Origin: Octopus bimaculoides
Lineage: Eukaryota
DNA length: 63,996 bases
Assembly: GCF_001194135.2 (NCBI RefSeq)
Contig: NC_068996.1
Location: 35,004,637-35,068,632 of the forward strand
Direction: 5' to 3'
A model generated the notes under the pieces. It had not been told where the DNA came from and did no database searches. It saw only the letters and a program-made list of their open reading frames with translations. Positions 52,111 to 63,996 of this stretch are shown here, in pieces. Positions within the stretch are counted from its first letter, which is position 1; each line of letters starts with the position of its first letter. The translations under genes were made by a program, and so were the position numbers.

Positions 52111-53005
52111 TATGATGATCATTATTATAAAAATTTTACATGCTACTTTAGGTAGCAGAGGATTGTTGTCTTGAAGTTTGGTGACTAACATCCAGATTCT
52201 TTGTTAAATTAGAAGAAAATGAACAAGAGGGGGAGAGGAGAGCAGAGAGAGAGAGAGAGGAAGAAAAAGCTATGTGGTCAGTTGACCAGTTTAATGTACC
52301 ACCTACATCTCTCACCTCAATGGAAGCCACATAAAGTAACAAAGAAGTTTCTATCTAGTGACTTGACCTGCTCAGTGTAACAGCAAACACTCCCACAACA
52401 GACCCACTCTCTTTAAAATAGAGACCACATCTTTTAATTAAAAGAACTGTAGAATATCATGCTTCACATTAAAGACAAAATAATGGCCAAAGCCCAGAGG
52501 AGTGGAACCTCTCCTTACTTTTTTAGTGCAACATATCTGGCTGTCTGTCTATTTGTCTGCCTGCATATCTGCCGCCATCCAGCCGGCCATCTGTCAACAT
52601 ATATCTCTCTGTGTCTGTCTGTCTATCTAGCTATCTAACTACATATCTATCTCTATCCACTTACTTTATCTTTTACTAGTTTCAGCCATTAGACTATGTC
52701 CATGCTGGGGCACTGCCTCGAAGTACTTATTTTCATTCTTTAAAGCTGGTACTAATTATAATGGTCTCTTTTGCCGAACTGGTTGTCAAGCAGTGGTTGG
52801 GGACAAGCACAGACACAAAGATGCATGCATGCTTAGATTTCTTCAATATCTTTCTTTTAAAGATGACTTGGTGGAAGGGCTCATCAACTACCCTAACCTA
52901 TCATATTAGAAAAAAAACAAAACAAACAAACAATAAAAATCTCTTCAAAATTTTACCATGTTTTTTTCTTTGAAATGTATTAAATCTCACACTGAAAAAG
53001 TTAAA

Positions 53006-53036
<31 letters not shown>

Positions 53037-53224
53037 CCNNNNNNNNNNNNNNNNNNNNNNNNNNNNNNNNNNNNNNNNNNNNNNNNNNNNNNNNNNNNNN
53101 NNNNNNNNNNNNNNNNNNNNNNNNNNNNNNNNNNNNNNNNNNNNNNNNNNNCAGTATCGTTAGTGTGTAATACAATACACTTCAGTCTGACAAGACTGTT
53201 TCTACTGGTGATATGTAAATAATA

Positions 53225-54460
53225 ATAATAATAAGTGGTTTCGAATTTTGGCACAGCGCCACCCAGTAGATTTTGAGGGGAGGGGGAAGTTGATTACATC
53301 AACCTCAAAACTTGGCTGGTATTTATTCTATTGACCTTGATAAAAGCAGGAAAGGCAAAGTTGAACTCAGAATATAAAGATGAAAGAAATGTCGCTTCAC
53401 GTTTTGTCCAGCATGCTAATGATTCTTCTAGCTTGTTATCTTAATAATAATAATCCTTTCTACTAAAGGCACAAGGCCTGAAATTTTGGGAAAGGGGACT
53501 AGTGTGTAACTGGTACTTAGTTTATCGACCCCGAAAGGATGAAATGAAAAGTTGACCTTGGCAGAACACAGAACATAGTGACTGGCGAAATAACAGTAAG
53601 CATTTCGCCCAGTGTATTAATGATCCTGCCAGCTCACCACTTTATTAATAATAATGATAGTTCCAAATTTTGGCACAAGGTCAGTGATTTCAGAGGAGTG
53701 GTAAGTTGATTACATTGACCCCAGGGTTCAACTGGTATTTATTTTAGTGATCCTGGTGAAATTTTAACTCGGAACATAAGGACAGATAAAAATGTCACTA
53801 AGCATTTTGCCCTTGGTGCCATCAATTCTATCAGCTTGCTGCCTTAATAATAACAATAATAATCCTTTCTACTATAGGCACAAGGCCTGAAATTTTTGGG
53901 GAGGGATAATAGTTAATCACACCAACCCCAGTACTTGACTGGTACTTAATTTTTTGATTCCGAAAGGATGCAAGGCAAAGTCAATCTCAGCAGAAATTGA
54001 ACTCAGAATGTAAAGATAGATGAAATTTGCTGATGAGCATTTTGCCTGGCATGCTAATGATTCTGCCAGTTCACTGCCATAATAATAATAATAATAATGG
54101 TTTCAAATTTTGGTACAAACCCAACAACTTCGGGGGTGGGGTAAGTGGATTACATTGATCACAGTACTGAACTTGGACTTATTTTATTGACCCTACAAGG
54201 ATGAAAGGCAAAATCAACCTCGGCAGAATTTGAACTCAGAATTTAGAGACAGATGAAATGTTGCTAAGCATTTTCCCCAGTGTGCTAACAATTCTACCAG
54301 CTCACCACCTTAATAATAACAACAACAATAGAAATATTTTTTGATTTTGGCAAAAAGCCAGCAATTTTCAGAGTGTGGAGTGCAGTCAATAAAACTGACC
54401 TTGAAGGGTGAAAGGCAAAGCTACCCTTGGTGAGATTTGAACTAAGAGCACAGATAGAGT
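53225..54460 (-). mobile_element. Head-to-tail array of six family A SINEs separated by (AAT)n
   Basis: Units start on + at about 53230, 53452, 53655, 53860, 54095 and 54335. The first five end in a ctgccag(c/t)tcac(c/t)gcc-like head followed by taataa; the sixth is truncated. Confidence 0.8.
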
Positions 54461-55512
54461 AAAATACCACAAGTCATTCTAATGACTCAGTAATGTCTAT
54501 GTGTGTGCATGTATATTTTAGTGTAAAAGTGTGTGTGAGTGCATACATGCATGTGAATGAGTGGTGTATGCGAATGTGTATAAGTGTATGTATGTGTGAG
54601 TGCATATATGTATATGAATGTGTGAGTGCATATATGTATATAGATGTGTGTGAGAACATATATACATATGTGGGTATGGGTAGTGTGAGTGTATGTGAAT
54701 ACATGTGTGCAAATATGAGTGTTTTATATGTATGTGAATACAAATGAGTATAAATGTAAATGTGTATGTTTTATATGTATGAATGTCTATGTGAATGTAT
54801 TTATATGTATGTGTATTTACGTGAATGTGCGAGTTTGTCTGTGTAATGCAGACATGTAATAATTGTGGGCAACATTCAAGTTTAGTGTTATATAATGCTA
54901 ACTACTTGATGACCTATGACCTGTAACCTCTAACCTAAGGCGTGAAAAGTGCTATGATATTGGATCTCTCTCTCAAGTAAATGAGCCATTACGATGATTC
55001 ATGTTTCTATTTGAATTTATTAATATTTTCCTACTAATAAAGTACAGAGTTACGTGTAAGGAAAGCACCTGATGACAATGAGTAACAGAAAAAAGAAAAA
55101 AGAAAAACCCCAAACCATCCTAAATCTGAAATTGGAAGTTTAAAAAAAATTATCATGGAATGTGAATAAAATTACAAAAAAGAAAAGAAAAGAATTATAT
55201 GATTAAAAAACATTACATAAAAATAACAGAAAATTTCTTTTAAAACTGGGATAATGAAATTGTTAAAACTGAGTTAACGAAATTGTTAAAACTGGGATCA
55301 AAAAAATATTTAAATGGAATGACAATTTTTTTTTTAAAGTAGGATTACAAAAACAGGAAACAAATATGAACATATATATATATAAATAAATAAATGAAAC
55401 CAGGAAAAACAGATGTGATGGAAGGATAAAAAATATAGGACTGGTCAAGCTACTTCAACAGAGCTTGAATCCATAACTAAAGACAGGCAGTCTAACATAG
55501 TTAATAACTTAC

Positions 55513-55617
55513 GCGAGGAATGTTTTAAGGCAGGAGACTTTTTGTCCTTTGTCACATTGTTTGTCACATTAATTTTCCCAGAACTGGGAGTCTTTGAAGA
55601 TGAGATTTTCTTTGGTG
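55513..55617 (-). CDS. Upstream internal exon of the same gene (long isoform); 105 nt, phase 1-1, Ser/Lys/Pro-rich
   Basis: Acceptor ggtttttattcag|CA at 55619-55618 after a pyrimidine-rich tract, donor TCGC|gtaagt at 55512. Frame (A)PKKISSSKTPSSGKINVTNNVTKDKKSPALKHSS is open and its phase fits the 3993 acceptor. Composition matches the basic disordered region preceding MTUS coiled coils. Confidence 0.65.
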
Positions 55618-57439
55618 CTGAATAAAAACCATGCAGAAAAAAATAAGAAATAAGCTCCAAAAAAAAAAAAAATTTATAGAAAAAAAGCATTCTTTTACTT
55701 GCCATTAAATGTATTCATGCATCTTTGAGGTATTAGAAACACACACATAACACACCCATGACAAACAGAATCAAAAGATAATCCATTGTAATTGAGGAAG
55801 TGTATGAAGGCATCATGTAGTCTAGTGGTTTGACATAGAACTCCTGATCATAAGGTAGTGGGGTTTCAATTCCTAAAATAGGTGGCACATTGTGTCCTTG
55901 AGCAAAGCACTTCATTTCACACTGCCTCAACCTATTCAGCTGTAATTAAGTACCAGCCAACTGGTAGTGCATCCCTCTTTCTCTCTCTTTAGCTGTCAAT
56001 CCTCAATGTTCTGCTGGGGCAATGTGGTAGGGCTAAGATGCTGTTATGTCTGTTTGTGTGGTTACATAAGCTCCTAAAACAATTAGCAAATGCATGATAC
56101 TTGCTATCAAGTCATACTTGATAGTATAGTGACAGTTATCCCTGCTTTTGCATTTATATATTTCTTGATAATATCTTGCTAATTCCTCTAAACAACGTAG
56201 AGTATAAATTAGCAATCATAGTATTTGCTTGAACAGATGCTTCCATTTAGTCATGTTTCAATGATTGCTAATTTACCTTTCTATTTCTTGAAGGTCATCA
56301 GCATGAAATGATTCAGTAACATTAACTGGCTGTTGTGAAACCATAATATTCTTTTCTACTCTAGGCACAAGGCCTGAAATTGGGGGGAGGGAGCCAGTTG
56401 ATTAGATCAACTCCAGTACACAACTGGGATTTAATTTATCGACCCCGAAAGGATGAAAGGCAAAGTTGACCTTGGCAGAATTTGAACTCAGAACGTAAAG
56501 ACAGTTGAAATACTGCTAAGCATTTCACCTGGTATGGTAACGTTTCTGCAGCTCACCGCCTTTGAAACCATATTATATAAATAATGATAATGTACCTACT
56601 CTATTAATATGAGACTGCTTTTTCTGATGTGCAAACACTTATTGAACAACTATATACATATATGCATATATATGTATGTGCATGTGTGTTTGCCTTTACT
56701 TTTTTTTTCTCGAATGCTGGAATTGGTTGGATGTATATGTTATTGAGGTATTATTTTACAGCTGGATAACCTTCTTATCACCGATCATTGCATGTTTTTC
56801 AAACAAGGGATAAAATATTCCATACACTTTGAAGGTACAAAGTGAATGGGCATTAAACAGACAAGAAAAGTAATAACAGCAACACTGCACAAAGAGAGCA
56901 ATTTTTATGGATGCAAACACATATGTGACAGGCTTCTTTCAGTTTCCAGCTACCAAATCCACTCACAAAGCTTTGGTTGATCCCAAGCAATAGTAGAAGA
57001 CACTTACCTAAGGTGTCATGCAGTGGGACTGAACTCAAAACCATGTGGATGGGAAGCTGTCTGAAGATGTCTGCATTGATGCCACATGAGCAGTGGTGAT
57101 ATTGGTTTATGTCATGCATGGACAAAAGACCAACAGCTCAACAGTTTTGATGCATGAATTCCAAAGAAGTGTCTCTGACCACAAAGTCCTGACTCAAGAA
57201 GTCTTGTATGACACAAGCCAACAGACATAAAAACAATTATGATGACAATGACGACATAGTATCAATATTTCAGTCTTCTTGACAATATATCTTCTCTCTA
57301 GTGGTGCCAAGCAACATTGATGCAAGAAATCTTTGGGTTCTTTGGATCCTATACCAAAGCATTTTATCTTGATAGATGCCTCTGTCATCAAGAAACAAGC
57401 TCTATAACATACACACACAAATACAATGTATGTGGGCAT

Positions 57440-57495
<56 letters not shown>

Positions 57496-58407
57496 ATGTG
57501 TGAATGTATAATTATTTAATGTTTTTCCTTGTTTACTGAAAGCATTTGTGCAATTAAGAAAATTAAATATTTTACAGCATTTTCTTGTTAGATTTTATTA
57601 CAGGGAATTTATTCTTTGTTGCCATTGTTGTTGTTCAACCCCAGGTCANNNNNNNNNNNNNNNNNNNNNNNNNNNNNNNNNNNNNNNNNNNNNNNNNNNN
57701 NNNNNNNNNNNNNNNNNNNNNNNNNNNNNNNNNNNNNNNNNNNNNNNNNNNNNNNNNNNNNNNNNNNNNNNNNNNNNNNNNNNNNNNNNNNNNNNNNNNN
57801 NNNNNNNNNNNNNNNNNNNNNNNNNNNNNNNNNNNNNNNNNNNNNNNNNNNNNNNNNNNNNNNNNNNNNNNNNNNNNNNNNNNNNNNNNNNNNNNNNNNN
57901 NNNNNNNNNNNNNNNNNNNNNNNNNNNNNNNNNNNNNNNNNNNNNNNNNNNNNNNNNNNNNNNNNNNNNNNNNNNNNNNNNNNNNNNNNNNNNNNNNNNN
58001 NNNNNNNNNNNNNNNNNNNNNNNNNNNNNNNNNNNNNNNNNNNNNNNNNNNNNNNNNNNNNNNNNNNNNNNNNNNNNNNNNNNNNNNNNNNNNNNNNNNN
58101 NNNNNNNNNNNNNNNNNNNNNNNNNNNNNNNNNNNNNNNNNNNNNNNNNNNNNNNNNNNNNNNNNNNNNNNNNNNNNNNNNNNNNNNNNNNNNNNNNNNN
58201 NNNNNNNNNNNNNNNNNNNNNNNNNNNNNNNNNNNNNNNNNNNNNNNNNNNNNNNNNNNNNNNNNNNNNNNNNNNNNNNNNNNNNNNNNNNNNNNNNNNN
58301 NNNNNNNNNNNNNNNNNNNNNNNNNNNNNNNNNNNNNNNNNNNNNNNNNNNNNNNNNNNNNNNNNNNNNNNNNNNNNNNNNNNNNNNNNNNNNNNNNNNN
58401 NNNNNNT

Positions 58408-58925
58408 AATACTGTTTATGCCATAAGAATTTAGAAAATTTGAGGCTGAAGTAGATAAAGCTATAAATAATAGCATGTAAACATTGAGAGAAGAAAAAAA
58501 ACCTGTTGGGTTGAAAAAGTTGAAGGTTTGAATCACAATGGCAGACTTTGACTTTTTCTATCCAAAAGGTTTATTTAACCTAATATTTATATGCAGTTTT
58601 TATAATCTTATCTACTTTGGGCTTAACAATCTAATATTTTTGTTGTTGCTATTTCATTAAAAATATCACCTAATTACACAAGTTGTATTAATTACATAAA
58701 CGACTTAATATTAGTTTTGTTGTTATTGTTTAACTAAAAACACCAGCTAATGAAACTATAATAATTACATAACAATCAATTTAATATTAGTTAAAATATT
58801 TTTAAAGGCAAACCTTAAAATGGATAAGGCTATAAATAAAAGCCTTTGACTTTTTTCTTCCAAAGGGTTTTTTTAGCTTAATATTCTCCACATTATTTAT
58901 AACTTCCACTGTTAATGATTTACTT
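58408..58925. repeat. AT-rich unclassified element with internal direct repeats
   Basis: gataa.gctataaataa.agc occurs at about 58453 and 58823, and ctttgactttt..t..ccaaa.ggttt.tt.a.c.taatatt at about 58544 and 58843. Confidence 0.4.
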
Positions 58926-61900
58926 CATNNNNNNNNNNNNNNNNNNNNNNNNNNNNNNNNNNNNNNNNNNNNNNNNNNNNNNNNNNNNNNNNNNNNNNNN
59001 NNNNNNNNNNNNNNNNNNNNNNNNNNNNNNNNNNNNNNNNNNNNNNNNNNNNNNNNNNNNNAATCTGATTATCAGATATTTACATTTGAATACACAAGAT
59101 GGCTATCTGCACTTAGGGACCTTCAGTGATTCCCAGGTAGTATTTGTGCCACAGACCTGTTAGAATTGAGCTGATTATTGAGATATTTACATTTATTTGT
59201 GATCACCTTGATAAATTTGCATGTGACAATACAACATTAGTGCTTGGATAATTTAAAGAGCATGAGAGAGGTAACTAAACCAAAGTGCTGAATGTCTGAA
59301 ACCCAACATCGGTTGGTTTTATGAGGGATAGGCCATTTAAGTTATGTCCACATTTCATACTCACGCCCACAATTAACATAAAAAAAACTATAAATATTTT
59401 TATTAGATTACATAATCTGTAATGTTATATTGGCAAGCAAAGAATAAAGTAAAGCAGACCAAAAAGAAAAAAAAAGCAGCAAAAATGGAAAATATTCCCA
59501 GATTGTTAACACATTTTTGGTTTTTATGTTGCATATTGTATGTGTGTGGCCTGTGATAAATTAAAGCTGGTGGTGGCTTTAAAAAATTGATTACTTTCTT
59601 ACTCTCAATCAATATTTTAGATAAGGATAATTCTGAAGGTCAATATTTATACAACTTTAATTTTAAATAGCTTTCTTGATTAACACATTAATTAATATAT
59701 TTTTAAATTCCAAGACAATATCATTCATAATTTACTATGTAATCTCTTGAAGTGGAGTTAAAATGTTTAAAACTGGAAAAAAGTAAAAGGAAAAAAAAAA
59801 AAGAAAGGATTTTGTATTCTTCATTCCTACCTCTCATCTTGTACCTTACTTTATTTTAGCTATTATGACCAAGACCATGCTGGATCATCATAGAATTTAG
59901 ATGACCAGGCACAAGTTACATAAACCAATCTTAACTAAGTTTATTCAGTAAAAAGGACTAATATTTTGCATGACAGTACTCTTAACATGACAGTTAGGAT
60001 AAATTTAAAAAAAAAAAGACTTCAAGGAACTACAAATTTAAAAAATTGAAAAATTCTTTATAAGATTTCACAAGAAGTTTTTATTGGAATCTGATATGTG
60101 ATCTTCAGAGCACTTTGAATGTTATTGAGGCCACAAAAAATGCTGTATAAATCTTAAGGAAATTTTATGAACCTTAAAGACATAAATATTCTCTTAGTGT
60201 AGAATTTACAGTTAGCCACCCCAAGCAGGTAACTATCAGAACACAAGCTAAAAGACTAACATTACATATTTTACCAGTTTGTGAGCATTATTTAATTCTT
60301 GCTACTTTTTTCTACTTTGCTGTAAGGTACAGCTCACTGTATTCTAATTTATTATTTGCAACAATAAGTTAAAATCATCATGTGGCCTTAAGAAGCCACA
60401 AGGGAAAGTAGATTTAATATTCAAACTAAAATCAGAGTTCATAATAATATGATCCAACTTGCCATTAAATTTTGGCTGGTTGTAACTCGAAATTACATGA
60501 GATGGTGTGGGGGCAACTAACCTACCATTTTTAGACAGGAATATCTTTATCATGAAACGACAACTAGCAGCAACAATTCCTAGTTTATAGACTTGCTGCA
60601 GAAGTAAATAAGCATTTCAAAACAACTTTATTCACCTCTTTGAATTCAGTGTCTTTCCTACCTATGATCCCATTGTAGAACCAGGGGCAGTTTTAGGCAG
60701 GTTGGTATTTAAAGGCTTAATGATTGGAAAATGGTATTCTTCAAAAATTCCATGTTTCCTGCGATCCTTCAACACTACTCTTGACCTATTGATGTGCTCA
60801 TTTCCTCTTTAAGGCTATTTTAATGTTTATTTTCTTCTTTTTAGGGGTATGCTTTATCTTGCATAGCCACATTGTATACATGTGGCTATTTTTACCATCT
60901 TTCTTAACTCAGCTTAATGCTGCTTTCTATCTCCACTTTTACCCTTCTTTGATGTTGTTGTGCATCTAAGTACTGTATACAATACTGAATCAGGTTACAA
61001 TAATCTCATATTAATCTATGTTGTCAAAACAATTCTTTTCTGTTAACCCATTTCTATTTTTACTTAATCTATTTTTGTGAAAGATTAGTTTTAAATATTT
61101 TAAATATGAAACAGATTAATCAAAGAAACAGGCACATATTGTTAAATTAGACAAGCAAATGCATTAGTTATTTGATTGTTGTTGTTGCTGCTGCTGCTTT
61201 GAATAAAACTAAAAACTAAAAGAATCTGTATTAAGATATTCATCTGTGAAAATATCACCACACCTATCACGTCATATCATTATATAACCTCATATACCAC
61301 TGAAGAAAAGAACAAGCCTGTCCTTTTCCTTGATGGCATGTCAATTTTAGAGAATTATTGATTCCTGCAATTGTCTCCCCTTTTCAAAAAGGCTGGTCTT
61401 AATTGTCATTTGGTACTTATGACATCTTCTAGAAGCAGTGATATTTTAATAAACCAAGAATTTGTTATATGGTATTTGATACACCAGTTTTTATGTTAAG
61501 TTGTTCATGTTACCAGCTACTCTGAGTTATTTCTCTTTGTTCATTTTCATTACACACACACACTTATATATACACATAGGTATATACATTTTGTTTATGT
61601 ATGTAACCCATTCTATTCCTTCAAGCCTTCCTGACATCTCATTCCCCCATCATTCATCTTTCTATGGCATTCTTTGTACTACCAATTATCTACCCTGCCA
61701 CGGGAACCATTTCTATTCCTCATTCTTATTATCTTCCCATCCTGTTTCACATTATTTTCACCTATCACCTACTTTCTGTACCTTCACTTGTCTCTCTCCT
61801 CTGCCATACTCTAACACCTCACTATATGCTCCACTCACTATAACCACCCTTATGTACCCCTATATCTTCTACAGCACTTTTACTTCCACATCATTCCCCT

Positions 61901-62571
61901 CCTTTCTGATCTATTGTCCTTCCTGAGTCACTTTTGTCTTGCTCATCTTACTCTTCTCCATACTGGCATTTCCCATCAACCACACTCCACATTTGCTCAT
62001 CACTCAACACACTTACCCCTATCCTCATCTCAAATCATCTGTTACTCTCTACTAACACTTATGAAACTCCACTACTCACCCACCTGATCCACAATCCATA
62101 TCCTCTCTTATGCTCATCTTGTATCTTAAGAATTTGCTCTGGCACCCCAACACTACCATCTTTGACTTCTTTTCAGCTACTCCCATCCTTATGTAAGAAG
62201 GAATAGCCAAGTATCTCCTCTATAGTAGGACACTTGTGTTGGTTTCTCTCTGTCATACTTTAGCCTCTCAACACCTGGCATAAAATCACCTCTCCTGTCT
62301 TCTAAATACTTCCCCCACCACACTTAGTTGAGAGGGTTGTTTCTTTTTCTTATTTTTTTCCTGTCTTGTAAGTTATTCGACAACCTCAAAAGTGCTGGTT
62401 GAAGAAGGAAAAAAAAAGGTGCTAAGTACACACTCTAAAAGATGTTGGTGTTAGGAAGGGCAGCTGTAGAAATCATGCCAATGCTGACACTAGGGTTCAG
62501 CACAGCTCTGAGCATCACCTGGTCCTGTCAAACCATCCAAGCCATGCCAATATGAGAATCAGGCATTAAAT

Positions 62572-62623
<52 letters not shown>

Positions 62624-63943
62624 TACAAATACAAACTTCAACTAAAGACCTTTTAAGGTGGAGCTCCAGCAGTCACATGATTGAAACAAATAATAGAATA
62701 TATATCCCCATTTTTCATCATCTGTCATACTCTTTTCAGTAGAGTGCATTTACCTACCCATTCACCTTTCCACTCTTCTATCCTTATTCTATCTCCCTCT
62801 TTCATATTCATCTTGTATGATCTTACATATCTTTCTTTCTATCTCTTTCAGACAGTGAAGCCATGTTTTTTGATCTCTTCAGAAAAAAAAAAAAAAAAAA
62901 AAAAAACTTGCTCCTTTCACTCTACCAGACCACCACATTCTTCACAACTACAGTCAAGCGGTTTTATGAGTACATGGTGATCTCAATTCTGCTACTGCCA
63001 TATAAAAAAAGCACCCAGTACACTCTACAAAGTGGTTGACATTAGGAAAGCATCCAGCTGAAGAATCCATGCCAAAACAGACACTGGAGAATGGCACAGC
63101 CCTATGGCTCACTGGCTCAAGTTGAACCAGCCAACCTATACCAGCATGGAAAAAGACCTGTTAAATGATGATGATATGCAAACATATGCCCCACCCCACA
63201 CATTATCACATATATTATAATTAATGTCTGATGGCAGCACAAATTTAAACTGTCATCACTTGTGGTGGTGGTAGTGCACCATAGTTATCATCATCATTGT
63301 AAAAGTACAAACCATTATTACAGATCCATTTAAGTTAATATTACCAATGAATTTCACACTGGGTATTAAATAATCAGACAATTATAATACAGTTGAGTAA
63401 TACCATATACTCTTCAGAGATGGCAGATAATACCACAAGCCATAGTATTATTTAATTGTGCTGTCATATGATAATAGCCAGTTGTTTAATATCCAGTATG
63501 AAGCCAATTGATAAAATCAGCTGAAATGTATCTATAATATTGTATACATTAACACACACACACACACATATATTACCATGAACAAGAATTAATATTCTCT
63601 TGTCATTTCTTTGCACCACATAGGTTCAACTCACCCCCTCTCTTCATCTGACACCAACCTCACCTCCTCTCTTCATTTGACACACATTTCCCCCCCAGCA
63701 TCCAACTGCCCCCCTCCATCTACATACCACCTACCATACACACACACACCTACAACACATTCCCACTCTACACACACTAACGCTGACTACTTCTCAACAC
63801 CCATGCCACACACAATCTTCTATAGCATCACCACACATACCACTATATGAGCAGCCACACACACTGTTTAACTCAGTATACACACTACACACCTTCATGC
63901 ATACTCCCACACCCACACAAGCACGTAATACCTGAACACAAAA

Positions 63944-63996
<53 letters not shown>

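Noticed and set aside
60664-60810. Protein-like open stretch EHINRSRVVLKDRRKHGIFEEYHFPIIKPL... on the minus strand
   Set aside because: Bounded by stops, lacks a polypyrimidine acceptor, and has a TAG directly before the only donor.
61501-62206. 141-aa and 90-aa plus-strand ORFs
   Set aside because: These come from the stop-poor C/T-rich body of a repeat family and have no recognisable domain.

Overview
Eukaryotic, AT-rich, repeat-dense genomic DNA with nine N-gaps. The SINE, LINE, MITE and microsatellite content looks like an octopus (coleoid cephalopod) scaffold; this is inference, not a database hit. Nearly all ORFs in the supplied track are microsatellite, N-run or antisense-repeat artefacts. 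The window appears to lie inside one large minus-strand gene, an MTUS1/MTUS2 (ATIP/TIP150)-like coiled-coil gene. One well-supported coding exon sits at 3993-3773 and a Ser/Lys/Pro-rich exon at 55617-55513. The ~51.5 kb intron between them holds two candidate alternative first exons (28629-28554 in a CpG-rich region, and 49412-49247). Both end in phase-1 donors that fit the 3993 acceptor, recalling the alternative-promoter ATIP isoforms of vertebrate MTUS1. The rest is decayed RTE, CR1 and I/Jockey LINE fragments, at least three tRNA-derived SINE families, mariner, hAT, piggyBac-like and Helentron-like non-autonomous elements, and simple repeats. Structural oddities include a near-perfect 94-nt hairpin, a mariner MITE built from two left ends, head-to-tail SINE arrays with alternating tail variants, and inverted SINE clusters. 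No prokaryotic features or CRISPR arrays were found. Repeat coordinates are approximate (about 10-20 nt) unless a TSD is quoted.
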